From the NCBI GenBank assembly GCA_051453625.1, contig JBOZIK010000001.1, forward strand, positions 17,748,782 through 17,768,781: 20,000 nucleotides of DNA, given 5' to 3'. How positions within the stretch are numbered: the first letter of the stretch is position 1; each line of letters opens with the position of its first letter. The position numbers were made by a program, and so were the translations under genes. Positions 9,959 to 20,000 of the stretch are shown here, piece after piece. The notes beneath the pieces are model-generated. The model did not search any database and was not told where the DNA came from. It saw only the letters and a program-made list of their open reading frames with translations. Origin of the DNA: Welwitschia mirabilis. Its lineage: Eukaryota.

Positions 9959-11451
9959 TGATAACACTCAAATATTGACATTTATATTAAAGAATTAGTG
10001 TGTTATTAGTAAGTTTAATTAATCATTGTAACAGTTTATGCCTTTCTTCCACTTAAGGCCATGAAAATCCCATTTTACTAATAATATGCCTAAACACTAT
10101 TATTTGTAAGTTTGATGTGCTATTAAGAGCATCATGGTAGGGGATTGAGCTGTGTAAAGCATACTTAATAATGACATTAGTTACATACATGGTGGTACCA
10201 GTTTCTTAAAGAAAAATAATATCATACTTAGATTTATAAGCCCTCTTGATGTGCATAATTCATTTCCATAATTTTTGCAAAGAGAAGATACATGAGGAAT
10301 ATTTTCTATTAATAACTCTTTAATTTGGCCCCATGACTAAATAATTATTCTATATACCTTTGGGTATTATTTAGAATAATCCCATTAGACCTTAGAAACC
10401 CTAATTAGAAAGTCTAATTTAGGGCTATAAAACCCTTTCTTACTTTATTTGAAGGGAATTACTTCCACTATGATATTTTAAAAGGATTGGATATTTAGTC
10501 ATGATCTCTTTCTAAGCCTTCCATAGGGATGGGCTAGCTACCAAGCTAGCATGATGCTGCTTCATTTAGCATCAGTACATTTTATGAATGCGTGCTTTAC
10601 TTATTCTGATAATATAATACTATATGCTTAGGATTAGCTAAGTCATGCTTTTACTGTAAGATTTGATTTGGTGATTTCTTTTACATTTTAGCTTACACAA
10701 CCTGAATGTTTATTTGACAGATCCTGAGAGACCCCTACTTTTCATGCTTATTTTATTCTTGTTGTNNNNNNNNNNNNNNNNNNNNNNNNNNNNNNNNNNN
10801 NNNNNNNNNNNNNNNNNNNNNNNNNNNNNNNNNNNNNNNNNNNNNNNNNNNNNNNNNNNNNNNNNTTACTTATTCTGATAATATAATACTACATGTTCTT
10901 AGTGCATTACTTTGATATCAAGTTGTAAATATCATATTTGTTATGCTTAGGATTAGCTAAGTTATGCTTTTACTATAAGATTTGATTTGGTGATTTCTTT
11001 TACATTTTAGCTTACACAACCTAAATGTTTATTTGATGGATCTTGAGATGTCTATTATGGATGAGATTATGCCATTATGCTTGAGCTTGGACTAAAGAAT
11101 ACTCATAAGCATAGTGGATTATGTGATTGTAAATAAGTTGAAACATGTTTTTATTATAAGTACTTGTGCTTTTTTTGAAGTTATCATGTTAGTTTAAATG
11201 CTATGTCCCATTCCTAGCTCTTTAAATATCATTTCAATCTCTATTACTTTCTACTTTTATGCTTGTTTTATTAATATATTTTGTCATTTATATCTAAGAA
11301 ATAATGATACTAGGAATATACTACAAATGGAAGTCCTAGTACTTTTGGTAAATTTGGGTTTGGTTAAACTAGATTTTTATCCCTATAGTGATGTTGTGAA
11401 TTACCATATATTAGTGATACATACAAGAAGAGCTAAATTGCACCATAAACA
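9959..11451 (+). repeat. 3' LTR of element A (TG...CA), includes a gap and a gap-flanking duplication
   Basis: TGATAACAC...CATAAACA, collinear with 3590-4781. Candidate TATA element GGGCTATAAAACC at ~10422-10434. Confidence 0.9.
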
Positions 11452-12142
11452 ATGATAGGTTGAGTAAAGTTTCAAAATGAATTTCATAGAAAAGCTAGTA
11501 GGACCAATTAAGTTTGACAATAGCATTATTGTTTTAGGTGAAAATAAGCCTTAAGAAAAAGAGTATTATAACATTCAAAGTAGTGCAAAATTTCTCTCAT
11601 CAAAAGCAATGAAAAAGTAATGACAAAAATTAAAATGGTAGGGCTTGAAATAAAAGGAAAACTTAAGAAAAACTATAAAAATGGAATTGTAGAAACTAAA
11701 AAAAGACAAAAATCTAAATCTGTGTATAATAGTACTAAAGAAGAAAAATAACAAAAATGAAATTTGTAAGGAAAAAAAGAGCAAAAGAGGTTTCTGCTAT
11801 ATATTTTCATTTTTTTCTATTTCTTTTGATTTTTCAATTTTTTCTTTTGCTTTAGATTTGGTTTAAGAGAAGCTGGCAGTAAAAACCTAATAAACTAGTT
11901 GTACCTACATACAAAAGATTGATATAACATTGATATTCCACGTTGAGCTAAAACTTTTAATGGAATCTTAAAGGAATAAAAAATGAATATTAGTTAGGGT
12001 ACCATTATAAGAGGACTTGTACCACATACTAAAGAGTAGAAAAAACAAAATTATGTAAAAATCTAAATGAAAGAAAATAAAAAATTGCATATGCTCCACT
12101 ATAGCTATCATGTTATTATCTCCAAAAATTACATCAAAATTC

Positions 12143-13230
12143 TATTTGTGGTGAAATCTGGCTACTTTTGTATATATTATTAATGTATGGTAAATCACAA
12201 CATTACCTTAGGGATACAAGTCTTATATGATTAAATTTAACTTTTATGAATAAAAACTAAGACTTTTGTTAAAATATAGTCATAATGTCATTATTTTATT
12301 GGGAATAAATGTGATAAAAAAGGTAGTAAAGCAACATAACATTTTTCTAAAAAACTATTTGAGTAAAATTTAATTAAAAATGTAAAAGAGATATTCAATA
12401 AATGAAATCTTGAAAATGAAACATAGCACTCAAGAACCAACATAAATGTATCAACAAGATGAGAGATCTATAAATTTTTATAATAAGCATTACTAATGCC
12501 AAGTTCAACAAGGCTCAAATCATGGTAACATAATCTCATTCATCACATGAGTGTTGGTGAAACTATTCTATTACTCTAGTTTTAAATAGCCTATTCATAA
12601 GCACAAAAAGTAAGAAATCAATTCCAATAATTATCAAACAAGATCATATTAGAAGATTAGAAAATGAACAAAAGGATTTACTTAAGAAATAATAATAACT
12701 TAATAAAATATAAATCCAACATAAACATTACAAGTATGAAAAGAGTTACAACTAAAGATCAAGAAATGAAATCAAAACCTTTATTATGANNNNNNNNNNA
12801 ATGCATTACATTAGAAAAGAAAATACTTAATCTCAAATACGAAACATTATGCTAGCCTTAAGACTAGTTCATTACTAAAATGGGAAACCTAAAAAGATAT
12901 GATAGAAGGATTCTTTACTCCAAGTATGAATTCTCTCAAATGGTAATAGGATTTACATAAAGTAATTTGTTTGATCCTTTTTATAAATAATGTTAGGATA
13001 TGGCTATGATTTTTGTCTTGCAGTAGTTATTAAAATGGTGGGAGTTTTTATCATTATCTAGTAGGAAAAATAGCAAATGTTGGTATAGCAAATGACTGGA
13101 TCCATAATTAGAAATAGCTCATCTCTTCATCATAAATCTAGATTGGGAATTTAAAAGTAATTTTCCTTAAGTAACTAGCACTACTATACAAAAGCAATTC
13201 TCCTTAAGTACTTGACATCATTATATACCT
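12143..13230 (-). repeat. 5' LTR of element B, partial copy 1 (3' part, cut by gap)
   Basis: The reverse complement ends ...TTTCACCACAAATA and is followed by PBS-like TGATGTAATTTTTGGAGA and TAGCTATAGTG. It is homologous to the U5 end of A's LTRs and duplicates 13605-14693. Confidence 0.8.
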
Positions 13231-13580
13231 NNNNNNNNNNNNNNNNNNNNNNNNNNNNNNNNNNNNNNNNNNNNNNNNNNNNNNNNNNNNNNNNNNNNNN
13301 NNNNNNNNNNNNNNNNNNNNNNNNNNNNNNGAAGATGGCAGTAAAAACCTAATAAACTAGTTGTACCTACATACAAAAGATTGATATGACATTGATATTC
13401 CACATTGAGCTAAAACTTTTAATGTAAACTTAAAGAAACAAAAAATGAATATTAGTTAGGATATCATTAGGAGAAGACTTACATCACATACTAAAGAGTA
13501 CAAAAAACAAAATTATGTAAAAATCTAAATGCAAGAAAATAAAAAATTGTATATGATCCACTATAGCTATTATGTTATTA

Positions 13581-13598
13581 TCTCCAAAAGTTATGTCA
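13581..13598 (-). promoter_or_regulatory. Heavily decayed PBS of element B
   Basis: Minus-strand TGACATAACTTTTGGAGA sits at the same offset from the LTR end as A's PBS and is followed by the same TAGCTATAGTG block. Confidence 0.6.
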
Positions 13599-13604
13599 AA
13601 ATGT

Positions 13605-15057
13605 TATTTGTGGTGAAATTTGGCTACTTTTGTATATATTACTAATGTATGATAAATCACAACATTACCTTAGGGATACAAGTCTCATGTGATCAAATTT
13701 AACTTTTATGAATAAAAACTAATACTTTTGTTAAAATATAGTCCTAATGTCATTATTTTCTTAGGAATAAATGTGATAAAAAAGTAGTAAAGCAACATAA
13801 CATTTTTCTAGAAAAATATATGAGTAAAATTTAATCAAGAATGTAAAAGAGATATTCAATAAATAAAATCTAAGAAATGAAACATAGCACTTAAGAACCA
13901 ACATAAATGTATCAATAAGATGAGAGATCTATAAATTTTTATAATAAGCATTAGTAATGCCAAGTTCAACATGGCTCAAATCATGATGACATTATCTCAT
14001 TCATCACATGAGTTTTAGTGAGACTTTTATATTACTCTAGTTTTTCATAGCCTATTTATAAGTACGAAAAGTAAGAAACCAATTTCAATAATTATCAAAC
14101 AAGATCATATTAGAAGATTAAAAAATGAACAAAAAGGATTTACTTAAGAAATAATAATAACTGAATAAAATATAGATCCAACATAAACATTACAAGTATG
14201 AAAAGAGTCACAAATAAAGATTAGGAAATGAAATCACAACCTTTATTATGAAAAACTGGAATAATGCATTATATTAGAGAAGGAAATACTTAATCTCAAA
14301 TACGAAACATCATGCTAGCCTCAAGACTAGTCCATTACTAAAAGGGGAAACCTAAAAAGATATGATAGACGTATTCTTTAACCCAAGTATGAATTCTCTT
14401 AAATGGTAATAGGATTGACATGAAGTAAGTTGTTTGGTCCTTTTTATAAATAATGTTAGGGTGTGGCTATGATTTTTTTTCTTGCAGTAGTTATTAAAAT
14501 GGTGGGAGTTTTTATCATTCTCTATTAGGGAAAATAGCAAATTTGGTATAGCAAATGATTGGGTTCATGATCAAAAATAGTTCATCTCTTCATCATAAAT
14601 CTAGATTGGGAATTTGAAAGTAATTCTCCTTAAGTAACTAGCACGACTATACAAAAGAAATTCTCCTCAAGTAATTAACACCATTATATACCTAACCAAC
14701 ATTACTGGCATTTTTCACTGGACCACTATTGCAGTGTGTATTTATGCAATGTTCACATTCTAATCTAAATCCTATTAATTACAAATAATATGCACAAACA
14801 CAACACACTAATATAGATGGAACTGACTCGAATGTCATAATTCGTTGAAGGCCAAAGTATGAAAATAAAAGAGTTATTTTCAAAATAAGAATATGGTAAT
14901 CCTAACCTACAAAAATAATTTGCAAGGCATGGAAATAAAATAAAACACACTTGTGAAAGTCTAATCTAGGAAAGAAAATAGCAATGCATCTAAAATAACC
15001 AAGCACAACCTTGACAAATATTGCCCTCATAATCAATATCACAAAAAGAGGTTGTCA
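13605..15057 (-). repeat. 5' LTR of element B, full copy (~1.45 kb)
   Basis: The minus strand starts TGACAACCTCTTTTTGTGATATTGAT (similar to A's TGATAACACTC...TGACATT) and ends CACCACAAATA (CA>TA). The 3' portion is clearly homologous to A's LTRs; the boundary at 15057 is less certain than the one at 13605. Confidence 0.75.
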
Positions 15058-16353
15058 CTGAATCTTAAATAACATAAACTATGAGGGAGAAGATTATTCA
15101 TACATCTAAGCATAAAAGAAAACATTTTATTATTGAAAATGCTATCATATCTGTATTACAAAGTAGCCATTCCTCAATGGAGGAAACACCACCAAACACT
15201 GAAGGAACGTCTCTCTAAAATTACAGAATGGTTTTCTAGTCCTTTGATCCCTATCCTAACTATATCAGGTATTGTCGAAGATGATTAGAAATCAAAGGGA
15301 AGACCTTTATTTTTAAGCTTAAAACAAGAAAGGAAACTGATAGAAAAGTATAGAGAAAACCCTAACTGCCATGAAAGGAATAGTCACAATTAAGTGGCAA
15401 CAACTTAGGTGAACATTTGATAAAAGTGTAAGAAAATAGTGCCATCCATCTGGTCATTTGGATGATAAAGGAGACAATGCTGAATAATAGTTAGATCACA
15501 TGTTTGCTGTTAGTCAGACTGCCTATGAGACTTGTTATCATTTAGTTATGTGGTTGTTCATACTGACGTTCAAATGATGAGATGGACGATGGTCTTTAGT
15601 AGATCTTTAGTCAGTCCAATCACTTTTTTGGTTTCAGGAATTATGATTCAAAAATATCGTTTATTCATATCTACACAGAATGGTTGTAATTTATCTGGAA
15701 ATTACATGTTTTTATTTTTTTCATCTTGGTTCTCCATTATCATGAAAAATCAGCATTTATCTACCAATTTACTTGTAAAACAACTCAGAATATCCTATCA
15801 GATACACATAGCTTGGTGGTGTAACATAGCCCCCCACTTAGCCTTGTTAATCCTTGACAAAACAAGGCAGTAAACAACATTTATGAGCCAACTTTTTAGA
15901 GAATAAAAACAAATCAGATATCTATAGAAATTACTTGTAAAAGGATTGGAAGAATATTTCAAAGATATACTAAATTTCTGGAAAATTCAAAACACTACAC
16001 ATAAATACCTATGAGGCATTAAATGTTGGTCATCTGGTTTGGTCATCTAGATGATGGAGAGGACAATAGAATTCTACAAAGGATTTTCAAAACTAGAACC
16101 TGTAAGAGAAATTAATTTTTTCTGCTAATTAATCAATTATTATAAATAAGAAAATATAAACATAATCATATAAAAATCAAATATAATTAGTACATCATGC
16201 TGAAATAAAATGTAGAATCACGTCCTTCATTTATGCATGATGGATCCTAGTTCAATAATTGACTAAGAAGGAGGGGGAAAGGAAGGGGAATCTATAATAA
16301 TAATTCTCATAATTAATAAAAAGGTATTAAAAATACCAAAAATATGTCTTGCA
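15058..16353 (-). repeat. Putative 3' LTR of element C, apparently cut off by element B
   Basis: The minus strand begins TGCAAGACATATTT directly after a polypurine tract, downstream of integrase. It is non-coding with recurrent GTCATYTRGAYGAT motifs. No second LTR is present in the window to confirm it. Confidence 0.55.
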
Positions 16354-17196
16354 CTTCCTTCCTCCCCCCTCAAAATATGCAATGCATCCTAAATTTCCGA
16401 ATCATGAGAAAAAGAAATGAAGAAAAAAATTTTATCATGATTTGAATAACAAGANNNNNNNNNNNNNNNNNNNNNNNNNNNNNNNNNNNNNNNNNNNNNN
16501 NNNNNNNNNNNNNNNNNNNNNNNNNNNNNNNNNNNNNNNNNNNNNNNNNNNNNNTCTTGGTTGTAGAAATTATCATCCAAAAATATAGTTTATTCATATG
16601 TACACAAAATGCTTGTAATTTATTTGGAAATTACATGTTTTCGTTCTTTTCATCCTAGTTCTCCATTATCATGATAACTTAGTATTTATTTGCTAAGTTA
16701 CCTGCAAAAAAACTTAAAATATCTTATCAAATACACATAACTTGGTGGCACAGCATAACCCCCCACTTAGCCTTATCAGTCCCTGACAAAATCAGGCAGT
16801 AAACAACATTTGCTAGCCAACATTTTATAGAATAAAAACAACTTAGGTATCAGTAGAAATTACCTAGAAAAATATTGAAAGAATATTTCAAAGATAGACT
16901 GAATTTCTGGAAAATTTGAAACACTGCACATAAATACGTATGAAGCATCAAATATTAGTCATCAAGTTGGTTGTCCGGTTTGGTCATTTGGACGATGGAG
17001 AGGACGATAAGCTTCTGCAAAGAATTTTCAAAACTAGAATCTATGATAGAAATCAATTTTCTTTGTTAATTAATTAATTATGATAAATAGCCAAATATAA
17101 AGATAATCATATAAAAATCAGACAGAATTACTACACCATGTTGTAATAATATAAAGAAATGGAGAAAAATGTTTTATCATGATTTGAATAGCAAGA
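15626..17196. repeat. Gap-flanking duplicate pair 15626-16454 / 16555-17196
   Basis: Collinear copies across the 100-N gap; the second copy lacks ~16212-16409. Confidence 0.9.
16354..16371 (-). promoter_or_regulatory. Polypurine tract of element C
   Basis: Minus-strand GAGGGGGGAGGAAGGAAG is immediately followed by TG, with the correct strand and position relative to pol. Confidence 0.7.
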
Positions 17197-18632
17197 AAAA
17201 TGACTAAATGATTAAAGTTCTAAGAAAAAATAATAAAATGTAGAAATGACTTTGAAACAATAGACTCGAAAACAAAAGAAAACTAAAGTGAAAATAAACA
17301 AAGGAATAAGGAGAGGATTGTGTACCTATCCTAAGAACTAATTTAACAAACTCCAAGGAAAACATCATAACATCACCTGAGTAAATATGCATAACAAATT
17401 GTAATAACTCTATAAAGTTCATTTGAAAAGGTAGCGATTATGGTAATATCCAAAGTTTTAAGTATGTAAAATAATAAATGTCAAAACTAGAAGTTACTAA
17501 GAAATGGACTTATCTTCTTATACCCCACAAACTCCCCGGAATCTCTAAAAGTGAAATGATGAAGTGGGAATACTAAGAGTTGAAGAAATAATTTATTTTT
17601 CCATGATGAGGGAAGTGCAACCACTATCAGAGAAGTAAGAATCCACGAAGCATGGCCAACTGACCTCCTAGTGGAGTTCCCACAAATACCATATTACATT
17701 GTCAAAGGCTCCTCTCGAAAATATTTGCCCAGTGTACTTGTGGTAGGACATCATAGTGATCATGTTTTTAAGATATAAAATAGAAAACATCATGGCCTTT
17801 ATTTCACTTTTTCTTTTTTTCCTTTTTTTTTGAACACAAAATTTCCACATGATCGTATACTAAAAAAAGACGAAGGTGAATAAGTGAGAGAAAAGACAGA
17901 AAAGAACACTTCTAGATAACCCAAGATTTAAACACCATTGAGAAAAACACAAGACACTANNNNNNNNNNNNNNNNNNNNNNNNNNNNNNNNNNNNNNNNN
18001 NNNNNNNNNNNNNNNNNNNNNNNNNNNNNNNNNNNNNNNNNNNNNNNNNNNNNNNNNNNNNNNNNNNNNNNNNNNNNNNNNNNNNNNNNNNNNNNNNNNN
18101 NNNNNNNNNNNNNNNNNNNNNNNNNNNNNNNNNNNNNNNNNNNNNNNNNNNNNNNNNNNNNNNNNNNNNNNNNNNNNNNNNNNNNNNNNNNNNNNNNNNN
18201 NNNNNNNNNNNNNNNNNNNNNNNNNNNNNNNNNNNNNNNNNNNNNNNNNNNNNNNNNNNNNNNNNNNNNNNNNNNNNNNNNNNNNNNNNNNNNNNNNNNN
18301 NNNNNNNNNNNNNNNNNNNNNNNNNNNNNNNNNNNNNNNNNNNNNNNNNNNNNNNNNNNNNNNNNNNNNNNNNNNNNNNNNNNNNNNNNNNNNNNNNNNN
18401 NNNNNNNNNNNNNNNNNNNNNNNNNNNNNNNNNNNNNNNNNNNNNNNNNNNNNNNNNNNNNNNNNNNNNNNNNNNNNNNNNNNNNNNNNNNNNNNNNNNN
18501 NNNNNNNNNNNNNNNNNNNNNNNNNNNNNNNNNNNNNNNNNNNNNNNNNNNNNNNNNNNNNNNNNNNNNNNNNNNNNNNNNNNNNNNNNNNNNNNNNNNN
18601 NNNNNNNNNNNNNNNNNNNNNNNNNNNNNNNN

Positions 18633-19046
18633 TACATCATAAAGCTTTGAAGCTCAAGTCTTTTTATTAATAGAGACAAGTTTTTGAATCATTTTCTTTA
18701 TTTCTCTATTAGCATTTTCAGCTTGTCCATTTGTCTAAGGATGATAAGTACAAGATATTCTATGTTTAATTCCAATGGTAAAAGAAGTTTTTTAAAAAGT
18801 GAATTAATAAAATAAGTACCCTAATTGCTAATGATGACTTTAGGAAAACCAAGTCTTTGAAAGATATGAGATTGAAGAAAATGACAAACAATTCAGGCAT
18901 CATTCAAAGAAGTAGGTATGGCTTTAACCCATTTAGTCACGTAATCAATAGCCACTAAAACGTAATTTTTATTGAAAGAAGGTGGGTGAATAGGGTCCAT
19001 AAAATAAATACCCCAATAATCAAAAGGCTCATACTCAAGAATAGGT
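18633..19046 (-). pseudogene. pol: Ty3/gypsy (Athila-like) integrase core, element C
   Basis: PILEYEPFDYWGIYFMDPIHPPSFNKNYVLVAIDYVTKWVKAIPTSLNDA*IVCHFLQSHIFQRLGFPKVIISN*GTYFINSLFKKLL/GIKHRISCTYHP*TNGQAENANREIKKMIQKLVSINKKT*ASKLYDV. It has 4 stops and 1 frameshift, and both catalytic Asp are mutated (D>Y, D>N). Confidence 0.96.
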
Positions 19047-19700
19047 NNNNNNNNNNNNNNNNNNNNNNNNNNNNNNNNNNNNNNNNNNNNNNNNNNNNNN
19101 NNNNNNNNNNNNNNNNNNNNNNNNNNNNNNNNNNNNNNNNNNNNNNNNNNNNNNNNNNNNNNNNNNNNNNNNNNNNNNNNNNNNNNNNNNNNNNNNNNNN
19201 NNNNNNNNNNNNNNNNNNNNNNNNNNNNNNNNNNNNNNNNNNNNNNNNNNNNNNNNNNNNNNNNNNNNNNNNNNNNNNNNNNNNNNNNNNNNNNNNNNNN
19301 NNNNNNNNNNNNNNNNNNNNNNNNNNNNNNNNNNNNNNNNNNNNNNNNNNNNNNNNNNNNNNNNNNNNNNNNNNNNNNNNNNNNNNNNNNNNNNNNNNNN
19401 NNNNNNNNNNNNNNNNNNNNNNNNNNNNNNNNNNNNNNNNNNNNNNNNNNNNNNNNNNNNNNNNNNNNNNNNNNNNNNNNNNNNNNNNNNNNNNNNNNNN
19501 NNNNNNNNNNNNNNNNNNNNNNNNNNNNNNNNNNNNNNNNNNNNNNNNNNNNNNNNNNNNNNNNNNNNNNNNNNNNNNNNNNNNNNNNNNNNNNNNNNNN
19601 NNNNNNNNNNNNNNNNNNNNNNNNNNNNNNNNNNNNNNNNNNNNNNNNNNNNNNNNNNNNNNNNNNNNNNNNNNNNNNNNNNNNNNNNNNNNNNNNNNNN

Positions 19701-20000
19701 NAATGGCAAGAATTTCTTTTTCTATAGTAGTGTAGTTCATCTGAGCTCTAGAGAATGACTTGCTATGATAAGATATAACTTTGAAGTCCTTCTCATACTT
19801 TTAACAAAGAACCCTATCCACAGTAAAATTGCTAGCATCACATATAAGCTCAAAGTCAAGTATCCAATTAGGTCCTGCTAGTATAGAAGCATAAGATAAT
19901 CTATGTTTAAGCCTATCAAAAGCAATTTGACAAGATTCATTTCATTCAAATTTGACATCTTTCTCAAGTAACAAGTGAAGGGGTTTACAAATAGAAATAT
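19701..20000 (-). pseudogene. pol: Ty3/gypsy (Athila-like) RT connection and RNase H, element C
   Basis: ISICKPLHLLLEKDVKFE*NESCQIAFDRLKHRLSYASILAGPNWILDFELICDASNFTVDRVLC*KYEKDFKVISYHSKSFSRAQMNYTTIEKEILAI matches PDW.LPFELMCDASD...AQ.NYTTTEKELLA. Confidence 0.96.

Larger units (their letters stand above)
3590..11451 (+). mobile_element. Element A: complete pol-less (non-autonomous) Athila-related LTR retrotransposon nested in element B's 5' leader
   Basis: Homologous LTRs at 3590-4781 and 9959-11451, PBS at 4788-4805, Athila-type 3' motif and PPT at 9924-9958, and flanks ATAAC/ATGAT. No RT, RH or INT is seen internally, and the internal gaps (100-167 N) are too small as annotated to hide pol. 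Confidence 0.85.
11869..14693. repeat. Gap-flanking duplicate pair 11869-13230 / 13331-14693
   Basis: Both copies start GAAG(C/A)TGGCAGTAAAAACC and end CATTATATACCT, with a 100-N gap between them. Confidence 0.95.

Noticed and set aside
11869..14693. Duplicates interpreted as the two LTRs of one element or a true tandem array
   Set aside because: Both copies include LTR, PBS and leader, and their ends coincide with a 100-N gap. The same pattern recurs at five other gaps.
1..20000. Left gag and right pol as a single element
   Set aside because: On the minus strand pol would precede gag, with a PPT, LTRs and a PBS between them.

Overview
This is AT-rich, CpG/CHG-depleted, gap-riddled eukaryotic DNA, almost certainly land-plant heterochromatin. 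I found no intact gene, RNA gene or prokaryotic feature, and nearly all ORF-track entries are noise or run through Ns. Hand translation through stops and frameshifts resolves the window into nested, decayed Ty3/gypsy (Athila-like) LTR retrotransposons. Element C (minus strand) has RNase H at 19701-20000, integrase at 18633-19046, a PPT at 16354-16371 and a putative 3' LTR starting at 16353. Element B (minus strand) has its 5' LTR at 13605-15057 abutting or interrupting C's LTR, a PBS, and a gag pseudogene running from about 3290 to the left edge. Element A (plus strand, 3590-11451) is a structurally complete pol-less relative of B. It has two LTRs, a tRNA-Asp-type PBS, a decayed PPT and a decayed 5-bp TSD, and it is inserted in B's 5' leader. 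A carries a truncated gag fused to an unrecognised C-terminal region, plus a possible antisense coding relic; it is the most novel-looking object here. Six of the seven exactly-100-N gaps are flanked by diverged duplicate copies of the same locus, so the scaffold appears to interleave two haplotypes or paralogues. All calls come from manual reading; no searches were run.
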